The notes beneath the pieces are model-generated. The model was given only the letters and a program-made list of their open reading frames with translations. It was not told the origin of the DNA and ran no database searches. Below are positions 1-13,600 of a stretch of 64,000 bases of DNA, one piece after another (within the stretch, counting starts at the first letter, position 1; each line of letters starts with the position of its first letter). The position numbers and the translations under genes were made by a program. The stretch covers positions 5,888,849-5,952,848 of the forward strand of contig CM082583.2 of assembly GCA_040954595.2 (NCBI GenBank), given 5' to 3'. The DNA is from Balanoglossus misakiensis (lineage: Eukaryota > Animalia > Hemichordata).

Positions 1-3000
1 TCGGGGGTGTTTCGTCCATGTATCAATAACAGTTACGTTATGTATGTCAGAAACTGAAGTCAGGCATCAGTCACGATATCACACTCCCATCGGAGCGAAG
101 ATATTCTACAGTGATTTCAGAGGAAATCAGGGTTCTTGAGCAACTCAGTAATTAATCTAATTAACGGAATACTGCAAAGTAGGGGAATACATCCATTTTG
201 AGTCCATCGTTATCATATTAATTGCGGTGCACCGAATATATCACTGAAGCACGTTCAAAATAACCCATGGACTGATAAGACAGATAATTTCCCAGGCCTT
301 CTCGGTCGAGCACGCTATTCACGAAGAACTTTTTCCCGACAGCTTTCATAGTGTTTCACTAACTGGCACAAATGATATCGATTCACATTTTCTGTGAAAA
401 AAAATCAAAACGGTTCAGTCCTTTAAAAGATATATCATAGATCGTCCTAAAATGCTATACATGTCCTAGTATAGTCTGAGTTATGTCTATTCCAACAGCA
501 GGGATATATCCATAGAGCGCTCGACTTACATGCAACCTCCACAGGGACAGATGAAATGGACTCAATTTCCTTCTGACTGCTGACTCAGAATTTAAATCGA
601 TAGAAAATTGTTTATTTATCTGTTAAATGACTTTTAAGATACGCAAAAAGCATATTTAGGTTGCAATTACTGTTACTCGCCTCACATATGGACGTTATTT
701 TTTTTCAAAAGTCTGCTTCAACGGGTATTAGCAGACATACGTGACAAATCGCTACAATCCAATGGCAATCTGCAAATCCAATTGCTCTCAGTCATGGCAT
801 GATACAAAATGTTGAATATATTCGTCCTTTACTTCTGACAAAGATCACGGATCAAAACCTTCCGTTCTTCATCAGTGTAAATTACCAAGTGGTCGAAAAT
901 AACCATTCAAGAGTTTGACAGGTACCATGGTCAGTCATTAAAGCGAAATACCAGAGGTAATATGATATTTGTATCAATCAAAATTTTAATATTCGCATCA
1001 TGTAACAGTTTCTACGAAAGGACGTGAAATTGATCTACCGTAATAATGAAAAAAACGCGAAACCTTCTTTTGGAATGCGATACTCCACCATCAGCTATTG
1101 CATGTATATAGATTTGTGATTCCTAAACAGGTTGATAATTGCAGAACGTTCAGCGCGGAACAATCTCATTTCATCTGCAACATGTGCATAGCCCAGCTTC
1201 GACCGCATCACTATTGGGGAATCGCTAGATGGTTTATATAGTACGGCGCTACAGTAGAATCCAGGTCGATGTTTAAAAAGTATGAAATCAAAGGAGGGTT
1301 AGAATCAGAAATACTACGTTGCAAGAGTCGACAGCGACCTTTTTATATCCTCAAATATCTAGAAAGCCCACTCACACCAGTTCATGCATTAATTAATCGA
1401 GGCTGGTCGAGTGAAGTCTAATTAACTTGTACATATTTTTAAATCCATTTCAAATATCAATGCTCTGTATTCAATTCATAGGTACTAGAGGTTTGTAGCT
1501 GGTAGTAAGTGATATCATATTGTTTATCCGTCGAAAGACCAGCATGTTTTGTAGAGAGCTAATGTAGCCGAAAGACCCTTTGCAGGTTCATCCGTGCAGC
1601 GTGCAAAATTTTCTGACGAGGATCCTCGGAGTGTCATGTTACGCGCAGATTTTAAGTCCGAGTTAAAGCCTATACTGTTTCTGGCGTGTGTACGGCCTGA
1701 CAGGGACGTCACAAAAGTATTGATGACGTCCGCAATGAAAATCAGATGATGTATATGTCAGGGTCTGGCATTTGTAAAAAGTGATTTAGCACAGACACTA
1801 TAAAATGTTGAAGCTCATGCCTGACGTATCAAGTAAGAGGCTCGTGTACAATGACAGAAAATACGGCAATACGAAGCTAACTGTCGCCGCGGGCAAAACG
1901 ATGTTGTTTTAAGCGTATTAGTGATTGACGTTGCTAAAAGAGAAAAGAGACTATCAGTGCTAAAAAAACGCGGAATCTTTGGAATAAAAGAAAATCGTGA
2001 TTTGCGACTGATTTCAGTTGCCATGATAATATTTGATACAAATTATCAAGCATCAACATTATTGATAATACGATGCGAAAAATGCATCAATGACGAAGAT
2101 ATTAAAATTTATAATACGGATACGGATGTCTAACATAATTAGTTGTATTGTTATCACTAATGATTTTGTTATGAGAAAAATGGTAGCCTTTGTTCCCCCT
2201 TTTCTGACAATAACATCTACCAGACTTTAGAATCTGGTAATAAGTATGTGTTTAGGCATTTGAGACACGGCCTTGAGATCTCAGCGACCAAATGTGCACT
2301 GTGTGTGATGAAAGCTAGTTCATCAAGCTAATATAATTATCACCGAATATCGATCTCCTTGAGGTCGAGAGCAAATTTTGTTAGAAATGCTAATCGTGTC
2401 TGATTTGTAGAGATGAGTTCCTCGGTTCAATCGTGAAAACGAGATCACGTTAATTAAGAAAAATTGTGTTACCTATATGCAACGTCCCCCAATAAATAGG
2501 TCAACATTTACCTACATGTATTTGGCAATGCACACACGTTCACTTCATCGTCCATGAACGTTTATTTTGCCTTGATTTTCCCAATATGATCAAGTAATTA
2601 GAATAACCACGGGCTTGTCTCGCCTTGCTATTCTTTCTAACCTTTCGAAACATTAACGAAGAATAATACCTCGCCATATGCTCGTCAAGCGCTCGGTTGT
2701 GACAAGGCCAATTATTCGCTGCAAAAGACTACACTATTTACATTGGCAATATATTGAAATCAGACAGGTTTAGTTTCTGTCTTAAGATCTCCAGCGAACC
2801 ACTATGTTCATCACTGTTCGGGCTTAAACAAGAGAAACTATATGTGTCATATGTGATATGTTACAGAATATATATCCTAAACCACGGACATATCCTAACA
2901 TATAGCAAGGGATAACGTTCTACAGATTTGCCTTATGTTCTTCACATTGTTTATTGCTGATGTCAAAAAGGTTGGTTTCGTTTACGACATCCAAATCTGG

Positions 3001-5505
3001 GCGTCTGCAGATGAAGGTATATACCCTTCAGGGAAGTGATTTACGCTGATGTCCTTTCCGCTACGTATTTATCATGTTGGAGTTTACCTAAGATTTATTT
3101 TAGGGCCATCAGTACATCTGTAAGGTTACCGTATTTTCTCTCTCCGTTTCAACGAACGAAAAGGCTTCCTTGTATACGTCCTCCGCTTTAACAAGCGGAA
3201 CGTAAATTATTTTTCCAACACCCCCGAAGCGTTCCATAATCTTCAGTTTGGTGTTGGCGCCAGTGGAGAACGGCTAAACGGACCAAAATTGCCGCTATTA
3301 CATGTAAGATCACTTTCAACCCACTGCAGTTTCAATGCGAGTGTTGCAGTGCGTTAATTTGCATGTTCCGAATTGAGGATGATGATTTCGACGAAAAGGA
3401 GCACATTCGCCCGTTACAAAGAGAGCGTTACTGAATTCGCTTCGGATATAAAGTACGCCGACCAAAATCGCGAGTGTCGCAGCCTTATTCCACGTATGAA
3501 AAAAACAAATCAGCGCTGTGCTCGATGGTGTTAGCCGTCCTCTCTTTAGTTCGAGCGCAATGCAATCTCTGACGACACCAGCGTGTAATTCCACGAATAC
3601 AATGACCAGTTAAGTTTCTTTTATGATCGCTGTGTATCTTTGACCCACTCACTGTCACGTCCATTAACCCGCCTATTTCAATGGAGCACCTCTGAAGATG
3701 TCTCTCTTGTAATCTTCGTATCTCGCGTACATGTATATACAGGATTGGTTCATCGTATTTGCCTTCCGAGCCTAGCACGGGGCCTTGTCAATTACTTTTA
3801 AATGGAAATTCTACGAAAATGTAAAATGACACCAAATGCAGTCGTTTAGTCATTCCAGTTCAGGCTGGGTGGATTTTCTTACAATATGTTCACGTCACAA
3901 TTCAAATCAATGCAAACTTTCAGCCTGGGGGTCACCAATCAATTTCTTCGATAAGAGATCCCAGATATCTCAAATTAGTGTTGAATTTCTTTGTTTCAAA
4001 TAATTATTCAATAATTTTATAAACTTAATGGTTGTGGAAATTTTTAATGCTTCAGTCGTACGAACATGATGTTCATAAACAATTCCTTATATAACATTTC
4101 TACCGTACATCCATATATGTCCCCGACGTGGACGTCACTTAATCACGACAGTTTAACGCATGCGCGGCTGTCAGATGATGTCATAATGACGGACCGTTTC
4201 CTCTTAGAGCTTCCTCCTACTCTAAAGGTTCCATCAACTTTGGTTTTTGCGCTAATGCTTAGTATGCATATTATACTCGCGCGAAGAAGAGTTGCGGGAT
4301 CCTGGGCAGAATGCCGGGAAACCGCGGGTAACAAACAAAGCAGGCCGAGGCGTCAACGCCATCTCCGTAGTTCCGTCCGATTTGATCAAATACACACATC
4401 AATGGACAAATTACAGAAATCAACGGTGCTGTGTGAAATTTTAATATCCAGAGAAAGTGACAGTGTACAGCAAAGGAGTTGAAAAGTGAGACATTCGCGG
4501 GGCAGTGATATCCTCATCCAACGATATCACGGAAACGGTGTGTCCTTCCAAAGGGAGTAGCCGTGCAACCAGGAAATGGCTTCAGTGTTGGTAAATGCCT
4601 TAAAAGCAGCGGGGCTCGGTTTCAGCCGACACATTAACGTCTTGTTAAGTGCCCCGTGTTAGCACTCTTTGTTGCTCTCAAATGGCGAGAAATCCCCACG
4701 CACCACCGGCAGCGGATGCCTTAATTCGACAACACACATCAATAGTGACGTCGACTTCAGTCAGTTGATTTCTTCGCAGTTCTGAAAGGGGCTTTTTAAA
4801 TTGGCTTAACTGACTCTTCATGTCGTGCTAAATTTCTTTGAATGCGGCAAACATCACGCGTGCACTCAACGAGCGATTCAATTGGAGTAGCGTTTAATTT
4901 CGTCGCTATAAATAATTGTCAAGCAGTATGTGGAGAATCAGAACATTCGTGTTCTTAACTCGCATTTTGTGTATATTCCCAATAACATTAGCATAAACGG
5001 ATAATTCCCAGGTGTGTCATGTAGTCTCTTGTCGGTCTTGACCAATAATCTTTACGTTTTCACTGTAATCCGTATGATGGATAGATGGATGGCTGGCTGG
5101 TTGGTTGGCGACATTTGCAAGCTGGTCGCATATTGAAACATATACTTTTTATAGAAATATGAAATAAGAGAAGAGTCATTAGCCTAACTCTGAAGGGTTG
5201 TGAAGGAATGCCAGTCCGCTGCATTATGCTTGTCCAAATAACTTACTCATCAGGTTAATGCATACATTACTTTTGTAGCAGGGGAGGAATAAACTAATAG
5301 TCAACTTAGCTTGCTTCAGCCACAAGAAAGACTGTGCTTCGGCCTCTACGTAAAACACGTCTACTATAGGTTATCACAACCAGTGCAACTATTCAGTACA
5401 ATGTCTACTACATCAAGTAAATGGCTTGAAATAGTCATACAATAAATAACAGATACAATGCAATGAGACTGAATCGAGAAAAATGAAGAGATTTGTTCGG
5501 CTGTC

Positions 5506-6954
5506 CTAGACCCTGAATTCCCGGCCCCGTCCTATTAACCGGGCGGAGCGTAATCGTTCCGGGGAGAAACCTTTCTCGCTGCTACTACTTGACGGTAACA
5601 TGGTGACTTCTATTGCCTCGCTGTTTGTCCGTGGTGAGTAGCTGTCCCTCTCTATATGTCTGGAGAAACCGACGTGCGACCTGAACGGGGCCGAGTAGCT
5701 CTGTCCCCGGTTGCGCGCCGACTCTCTCAGGCAGGGGCAGCGTATCCCGAATGTCCTCTCGAACTCGATCAGGAAGCGGTCGTTGATGTTGAACACAAGG
5801 AACACGTACGGGTTGGTGGCGGAGTTGGCGACGGCGAAGATCCCCAGGATCGCGTACACCTCCGTGTTCATTTTGTTGCTGTACGACACACACATCTCGG
5901 CGATGAAGAAGGGCAGGCCGCAAATGATGAAGGTCAGCAGAATGACGGCCGTCATTTTCAGCGTCTTGATCTTGGCCCGGCTGAGCGACCCGGACCCGGT
6001 GCTCTGGAGGTGCACCCGCCCTTGCTTGATGGAGGATTTGCGCGGCTGCTTCTTGCTGTCGTGGGCCTTCTCGGCGATCTTCTTGAAAATCCTGGCATAG
6101 GCCACGCTGATGATGATGAACGGCAGCAGAAACACCACGAACGCGATGTAGCTGATGTAGGCCTGTCGCTCCATCTGGGAGGTGGCGCGCGGCCAACCGC
6201 ACCGAGGTAGTCCGTTCCGTTGCGACTCGTTCCACACGTACAGCTGCGGGGTCGAGCAGACGAACGCCGCGGCCCAGGCGATGCCGATCATGCGGAAGGA
6301 CGAGAAGGATTCCTTCAGCGGGCTGCGTATCGCCTGGTGTCGGTCAATGGCTATCACCAGGAGCATGTTGGTGGAAGCCATCATAGCTGCGCTTTGGACG
6401 AAGTTCACCAACTTGCAGAAGACGTTGCCGGCAAGCCACACGTAGTCCAGCTCCTCCATAATGATGACGTACAGTATTGCGAAAAAGCAGACCGAAATGT
6501 CAGCAATCGTCAGCATCAGTATAAACAAATTCATCCTGGATTTTCTGCGCCTGTTCGTCCACATCCAGATGCAAACTAAGATATTTCCAACGATTCCGAG
6601 AATGAAGAGAAACCACAGCGCTATAATTCGGGTTTCTTTGTTGTAGTCCGCCGGTTGGTGCGCCTGGTCGTGGGACACGTTTACCGAGTCCGTACTGTTC
6701 GTGTCATTGCTCTCGTCGGTCACGTGTAAAATAACCGACACCATGTCCGTGAGCACATCCAACGTACTATTCGTGGTAATCGCCGGGCTGGAAGTCGACG
6801 CATTCTCTCCCTGAGCGATTGTCATATCGTCCTCAATAGTCACACTCAATGGAGTGAAAACCGTCGAGCTAGTAGAGACTAGATCCGGGAGCGTGTTGTT
6901 GGCCATCCACGAAGTGTCGTTAGGTATAGTCGTGTTGATTATCGGCTTCTCCAT
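5506..6954 (-). CDS. Rhodopsin-like (class A) neuropeptide GPCR, vasopressin/oxytocin-CCAP/NPS-GnRH receptor superfamily; single coding exon, 482 aa from first ATG
   Basis: Seven hydrophobic segments with class-A motifs: TM1 GN (GIVGN), ICL1 SRMNLFI, TM2 LTIAD, ECL1 WLAGNVFCK, TM3 DRH, TM4 STPQLY, ICL3 RAKIKTLKMT, TM6 CGLPFF, TM7 NSATNPYVF. SRMN, PQ and RAKIKTxKMT are typical of this superfamily. First ATG (MEKPII) is at 6954; the ORF track extends to a TTG at 7029. N-terminus is S/T-rich with 8 N-glycosylation sequons. Ligand class cannot be resolved. Confidence 0.93.
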   Translation of the reverse strand: MEKPIINTTIPNDTSWMANNTLPDLVSTSSTVFTPLSVTIEDDMTIAQGENASTSSPAITTNSTLDVLTDMVSVILHVTDESNDTNSTDSVNVSHDQAHQPADYNKETRIIALWFLFILGIVGNILVCIWMWTNRRRKSRMNLFILMLTIADISVCFFAILYVIIMEELDYVWLAGNVFCKLVNFVQSAAMMASTNMLLVIAIDRHQAIRSPLKESFSSFRMIGIAWAAAFVCSTPQLYVWNESQRNGLPRCGWPRATSQMERQAYISYIAFVVFLLPFIIISVAYARIFKKIAEKAHDSKKQPRKSSIKQGRVHLQSTGSGSLSRAKIKTLKMTAVILLTFIICGLPFFIAEMCVSYSNKMNTEVYAILGIFAVANSATNPYVFLVFNINDRFLIEFERTFGIRCPCLRESARNRGQSYSAPFRSHVGFSRHIERDSYSPRTNSEAIEVTMLPSSSSSEKGFSPERLRSARLIGRGREFRV

Positions 6955-9452
6955 CGCTATAATCGGAGAGGGAGAAAGGATCGTTAGCCAAGAAAGCGAG
7001 CGGCTGTCGAGATTGTTTGTCCAAATCAAGTGTTATTAAAGCCAACACCGCACTCCTTTTTGCCTACCCAAACACTGATTATGCGAAGCTGTTATTTCCA
7101 CGCGCGTACACACGTTTGAACACAACCAGAATCAAGTATACAGACGTACCAGACATTATAAGTGTCGCATGACAATATGGCTGTCTGGAACACTGTCACT
7201 TGCTTCACGTTCACAAGATCTCTTTTCAAGACATACGGAATGATGTCGACTTTAAAAGGGGTTGACGAGGTCCCGCATAGTATGCTGGGAAGGAACCACT
7301 GCGCGCGCAAACACTTCGTGACAAGACTCATTTGTGACGTGCATTGTAATTCACAAAACTCTGCGTCGTGATATACATGTAACTACACTTCGAGAATTAA
7401 TGATGCCACTGTCGTTCCATTGATGAAAGTATGCAGCAATTTCGTTCCGGGCAAACAAATTCTAAGAGGTCGGCAAATATCGACACGACATCATAGCAAA
7501 AAGAATGATGCACTTTACCGCCAGCATTTAAGGATATGCAATGTACAATCAACTCGCTTTAAATAGAGTCTTTAAAGCCAAAACGGCTCTAAAACTTGCA
7601 CACGTATAACTAGCAACACCCTAGTTACAACAAGCGACTTGTAATTCGCGACAGGTTGTTCGTATCAGCATGCTATAATTTAGACTAGCAAACAGTGATT
7701 TTACACAGCGATGCCAAAACGCCCCAAAAAGTTTATTGTAGTATAAAATCGATAACTTCAAATTGTCGTTCGGGTGAGTCTTTTAGTCACAGTAACAACT
7801 ACCAAGTTCCAAAGAAAACATCTTGCAATGTTTTCTTCGGCGTGTGGTGTGGAATGTCTGCTAAATATGGATGCTGGCGCAGTTTGACATACGAAAACAA
7901 ATAACTCGTTGCTGTATTAGCTCAAACGGTTAAACGTTCCGTATTAATTTCGTATCAACTCCGACTTATTCGACCATTCGATTATAAGGCTCTATACCAT
8001 CAATTGTGATTTCCTTAACTTGTCATCTGTATTCACAAGGAGCCGTGTTTGCCACATTTCGAATAAAGACATTCTGAAATACGATTATCACTTGGAATTA
8101 TTGCGGTAGTCTTATTGGTTTTCATGGATTGCGTTTCCGATAATGCTTCACGACCCACCCATGATTTTTTCCCGCAGTCTAAACTTGTTCCGTTCGGAGT
8201 GAGACTTTCCGTTCGTCCTACCGGCTCTCTACTCAACCAGACAAACCAACGTAATACGGTGAAACGCCTTGTTCATCTACAGTTTGCACTTAATAAAAAC
8301 TAAGCGATCTAATGCTTCGCTGGCCGCGTGCTAAAGGTTAAATCATTCGCTCGTTTAGCATTGGGCCGGCTAAATTAAACGTTTATATTTCCGACAGTCA
8401 AAATATGAAGGTGCACATACATCATTCCGTTTGCCGGAGCTTAATTACGGCTCGACATTATGAAAACGTTCCCTCGGGGAATATTGTTGAATTCAAGTTT
8501 AATATGTCACATAAAAGGGCGACGTGCTGTGAATGGTAATAGAATTATTGTTTTGGAATGTGCCATATGCAGCATGCAGCGTTATATGAATTTTTGTTCT
8601 TGGTCACGCGGGCAGATATATACTGAGGTGGCCGTTCGCACAGGATGCCTGCGTTACAATTGTACTCTTTTCCCAGGCAGGGGGTACGGCGGTCCCAAGG
8701 GGGTTGTTTCATTTAATTGGCTGACTATAAACGTCCTTGGTGTGATTTTTGTCATCTACTGATTTCAACATCGTCGCAAACCACGACCTCTTTACGGCAA
8801 CAGTTTCAGAGTAGACTCCTTGGCTCGCGAGAATGGATTTTAAGTAATTATACGTGTACCTGAGTATAGTATATTATTATTCTTGCAGAGTGTATAATTC
8901 TTAAAGTAACACGGAATTATACTCTGGTTGTGAACCAGATCAGCCAGATAAGGCTACTCCTTTAAGATATCTAAAGTCAATTAACAGATCAACCCTTTAC
9001 TTGATAACGACATTTCAGTTTCCCGTTGGAAAGAGCTAAATTCCTAAAATGATAGGCTGAAACTAAGGTTCAACATCTTTTGGGCAGCACCGTAAGCTTT
9101 TAACCGCTGTATGCTTTTCTCTAAACAGCCATTTAGAAATGAAAACTGTAAATGTATGGATTACACGACCCTCGATAGAGTAAGGTGGTTTCAACTGAAA
9201 GGAATGTTTAGTTTGAATGTGACCATCCTGATGGTATTAAACATCTTGAATAATTTAACACTCCGAGGGTGCCTTGGTAAATTCTGTCATGTACGACTAA
9301 ATTGAAAATGTTGATAGCTCTCTGATATAGATTTCATCGGTAATAAGGGTCGCTGTGCAGGCTATTCGTTGGTTTATGTCAGCTGTAACCTGTTTTTGAA
9401 ATAAGAACTAAAGATAAAATATGAATAAGTGGACAGGTCCTCTTCTGCACGG

Positions 9453-9849
9453 TCGCGATAGTTCGCCAAATTCTGGCTGCCTTAAATAGGTTTTCACTTT
9501 GCTAGGGGGTCAAATCACGTTATAATAATTGCATTCTGGGCAAAAGTCGACAGCTCACTGTAGTAAGAGATAGAAGAAACGATATGTTTACTGTATTTCA
9601 TGACTTCCCATGGTCAAACATTTCAACCTTTGTAGTTGACATATTAAAGTCAATAAACTTTTTTCACATTTTTTATTTTTCTTCTGTTACTAAGTACCAG
9701 AATGACCGAATATCACTTTAGCTTATGAACTCCCATTTCTTAAACATGGCAAGAATCGGCCATCTTGAAATTGTGTCGACCATGTGAGATTTTTTATCAC
9801 TAACCTAGGTAGCAAAACCCTATTTAAGATAGGGAGAATTCTATCGCGA
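9453..9849. mobile_element. Degenerate MITE-like element (~400 bp) with imperfect inverted termini
   Basis: TCGCGATAG...AATTCT...CTTAAATAGGTTTT...CTAGG (9453-9506) is the reverse complement of CCTAG...AAAACCCTATTTAAG...AGAATT CTATCGCGA (9804-9849); interior is AT-rich and non-coding. No clear TSD. Confidence 0.45.
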
Positions 9850-10607
9850 GGCTTTATATCGCAGCTGCAATTAGCGCGGTTTCTCGTTTACCGTGGAAGG
9901 GAAATCGGTCGGAACAATACCAGCGCGGTATTAACTACCGAAACCATAACCAATTGAAATCTGAAAGAGTATAAATGCACGGAATTCTAGCTTGATTGGG
10001 AGCCGCGGTTTTGCGCGAGAGTTTAATTACACGATCCGTCAACTGTCCGAGACGTGTCTCGTGAATTGCCACTGTGCAGAAAGGCGCAACACTCGAGGAG
10101 AGTGGAGACGTGTGTTTCCCGTCCCCCGAACGGGCCGCGTTTAACGCAATCGAATCAGGTCTAATTATCAATGCTTAGTGAAGTGAATCACCGTTCGGCG
10201 CCAAAGCGAAGCAGACGATACGGAGTGACGTCGACGTTTCACAACTTTTGAATAGGCACGGAGGGGGGAATGCAGAGAAGCACGCAGAGAGGTTCTTTGT
10301 CCGCTGTCAGCGCGAATTATTAGACTATGCTGTTCGCAGGAAAAGCATTCAATAACAAGTTGCACCCTGCGACCAAAATGTAGAAGATACCGCTTCTTCT
10401 GTATTCGCCGCGGTCGATTTTATGACAACTGATGATAAAAAAAATCCGCGAATGACGCCTTTCACACGGAGAATAGTAGTCTTTAAAGTCGCGTTCATGG
10501 TCAAAACATATCACCCTACAAAACGCAAGCAATAGTGCGTGTTGAAGGGCACGTCTTCAACTGAAGCAGAACAAGAAGTTTTATCGACGACATCGCTCTT
10601 GGAATTA

Positions 10608-10690
10608 TAAATAAATAAATAAATGATGGATGGATGGATGGATGGATGGATGGATGGATGGATGGATGGATGGATGGACGGACGGACGGA
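10608..10690. repeat. Compound microsatellite (TAAA)4(GATG)~13(GACG)3
   Basis: Directly visible; explains the IHPS-repeat ORFs. Confidence 0.95.
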
Positions 10691-13600
10691 TACATTTTCA
10701 TATGTAGCAAAAAATATCTTCAAGACTTGAAAAAGTGTTAATTAGTCAAAATGTTTCCTCGCTCTCAGACGATCTTCCTTATATACCCAAGGGGAAATTA
10801 AAGGTAATTAAATGTTTACGACTGGGCAAGTGCGCAGTGGTGTGAAGAGTTCGCGCAGTCGACGTGTTGAGTTTTAATTACATACTTTACGGTTACGGTT
10901 CGGAATACTAAGACAAACGAGGTATCATGGGTATTCAAGATAGTCCCAACATACTCACGGATTACTGACACGGTAATTGTGTGTGTTAAACGCCTTTCTT
11001 GCAATGCTTACAGAGTAACAGACCCGGTTGACTTTGGATAAACGTGCAATAAAGCGAACCACGTGATTAAAGCTGAGCTGTGAGGCACGTGTACGTTCCA
11101 TGATAGGAGTGGGGAGGGGGGGGGGGGGGTAATTTCAATGACAGGTATCTCTCGATCAAAGTGATGATTACCGACGCCAGAAGGTGAAAGGAATAACGAA
11201 GCCCCATTGTTTTAGTGCAGTTGCAAAAGGTCAAAGAAAGGAATACCTTCGAAGCAAATCATCAGTAAATCATAACCGATAAACCACTTGCGGCCCATGA
11301 TTGCCAAATCAGAGTGAAAGGTATCGCGATTTAGGCAATCCGAACGGATTTGACATATAAACATCACTTTAACTAAGTTTAGATTGAAGTCGGTAAAATA
11401 ATAAAAGTCACATTTACGACTTTCTCGACAAATAAAGTTATTCCTATCTCATGAATTATGTTACAGCGGCGGCCCTACTAAAGTCGCTTGCTTTGTATTG
11501 TGTCAGGCGACTTTCAACTGTTAATGCCCTTTGATTTAATTGGTCGCCCACATATGCATGAATAATACCAGGGACTAATTTATGATACTTTCTGTAGGGG
11601 CGACTGGAAAGACGCTGGAGAGCACGGACCACATCTGTCAAGATCATCGTGAAACAAAATATCAAAAATCCGGCCCGAGTTGACAGCTTTTTGATCTTGC
11701 GCAGGTACAGATTATTGTGCCGTTCCTTTACTTGGCATTTAGTTACTGCTAGTCCAATGGGGTTACTCAATTCAACCTGCTTCCGGGGTAGTTTGTCTCA
11801 CAGTGAAATATCAAGGAAGTTCATCGAAGTTCACGCAGATGCGTCGTTCGATCCAATAGCCGCCGACGCCGTAACTATTATCGATATCTCCCCGCCGGTT
11901 TAACTGTAATCGGCAAAGTTTTACTGCTTGCCGACGCAGAAAACCACCTATTTTTTCCACTTTTGTGGGACACGGTCGAGACTGTTTACCGAGTCGGCCC
12001 TTTGTGCGGGCACCTCGGTTTTAAGAGAGCGCATATTATACGTTTCATTTATTCGGAAATAACGATGTCGCTGTACAATCAAACGTTGATCTTGACTGAT
12101 CCGGCCACCAGCGCCAGGCAGTCAGGTTCCCAACGGAAACCGCTTTATGGCAAGCTTCATGCAGATTGATGACTGAGCATTAAAAGTGCAGAATGAATCG
12201 GGCGAAACCTATGGTCAAAGGGGCGCAAAAGAAATTGTCTCCTCCCAGACTAATGATTAAAACATTCGTATACATCTTAACTTAGGGCTTCAACTAGGCT
12301 TGACGAGAACACTAATGTCACGGTTTCGGGCCAATAAAACATAATGGTGATATCATAAGTTGTGATCACGTCAAGCTTATACCTGATACCCCGGTCGATA
12401 AATTTACCTAATAAGTTTCCTAAGGGAGCAATAAAACTTCAAACAATATGCTTTTTGTACTGCATTTCCATTTCGCATGGAACAGTGACCAATGTGATAT
12501 GCCGCTTTCCTCCTGAGCGAGGGCTGGGGTTCATGTATATAACATCTGTTGTCATGACGACAACCTCCTTTACGGAGGAGCGTTGACTCAGTACAAACCA
12601 GGGAGCGACACTGCTTGCACGGGGTAAGGAGGGGGGTCTTCGAATTATCTCGCATCCATCAGATACAAGAAGCCCATTGAATAAAGAACGCACGGACACA
12701 AAATTGGAAAATGGTATATACATATATTGTCTTATGGTATCAGTCGTCTTGACCCTAAGGAAGCACGTCAAAATTCCCGGCGGAATTGAATCTAGTTGGA
12801 GATTTACTACGCTTTTAGGCAGCATCAAACACGCATATTAGCTTTCTTCGTATAGCGATGTGCCTAAACAGATGGATGTGTTTCGAAATCGGGGAATACA
12901 GGGATAAGGTTTATCATTAAGCTTCTGAACTCTGCGCTGACGCCCTGGGGCAATCCAGTGCATTCACACGATCGTGACACCTGAACTTCAGTGATTCCAA
13001 TCAGTTGGTGATTAGCTTATCTTAAGATCTACGAGCATATCCCCGTACTCCTTACATTGTCAGTGGTGACAGGTCTTTGGAAAGCGGTTCGATACCTTTT
13101 GATTCCGCATAACTTAGCGCTGAGAATAGTGAGACGAATTCGTTTTATGCGATGAAGCAGCACAGAAGGAGTATTCATAGTATAAAAATAAACAGATTTA
13201 TATAGCCTATCTCACCCAGCTTGCTTATTCGGTTAGTTCTTTTTTTTTGGCATATAAACGAAGGTCTTGCACTTCAAAGCAGCAGGAGCTACTGTAGAGT
13301 GCACTATATAGCGTGTTTGGGGCGTGAGTCTTATAAAAGACGGGCTTTTTGAAAGAAGACAGACAGTCGTCTATAGCAAGAACTGCACATGTGATTCTGT
13401 CCAGACTATCGACGCAGTGTGAATTTTTTTCTCCGCTATCTGAAGGGCGATAACGTCGCCTTGCTGTCGAAATTTCAACATTCAACCAACTGCGACAGCC
13501 GCGCCATGGGAAATTGCCGAGTGCAAACAGAATGCACCCATTTCCTGCACACTCCTCGGTCTCAGAAATGATAATTACCACGAATTTCTCCTATTGATTT

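Noticed and set aside
4066-4482. 138-aa ORF and the many other 60-130-aa ORFs in 1-5500 and 7100-45900
   Set aside because: No domain similarity, codon bias or consistent splice signals; expected by chance.
5585-6646. Long overlapping and antisense ORFs within the GPCR
   Set aside because: Shadow frames caused by high GC3; no independent protein features.
6955-7029. N-terminal extension of the GPCR from TTG
   Set aside because: Non-ATG start from a prokaryotic-style ORF caller; the first ATG at 6954 is in acceptable context.
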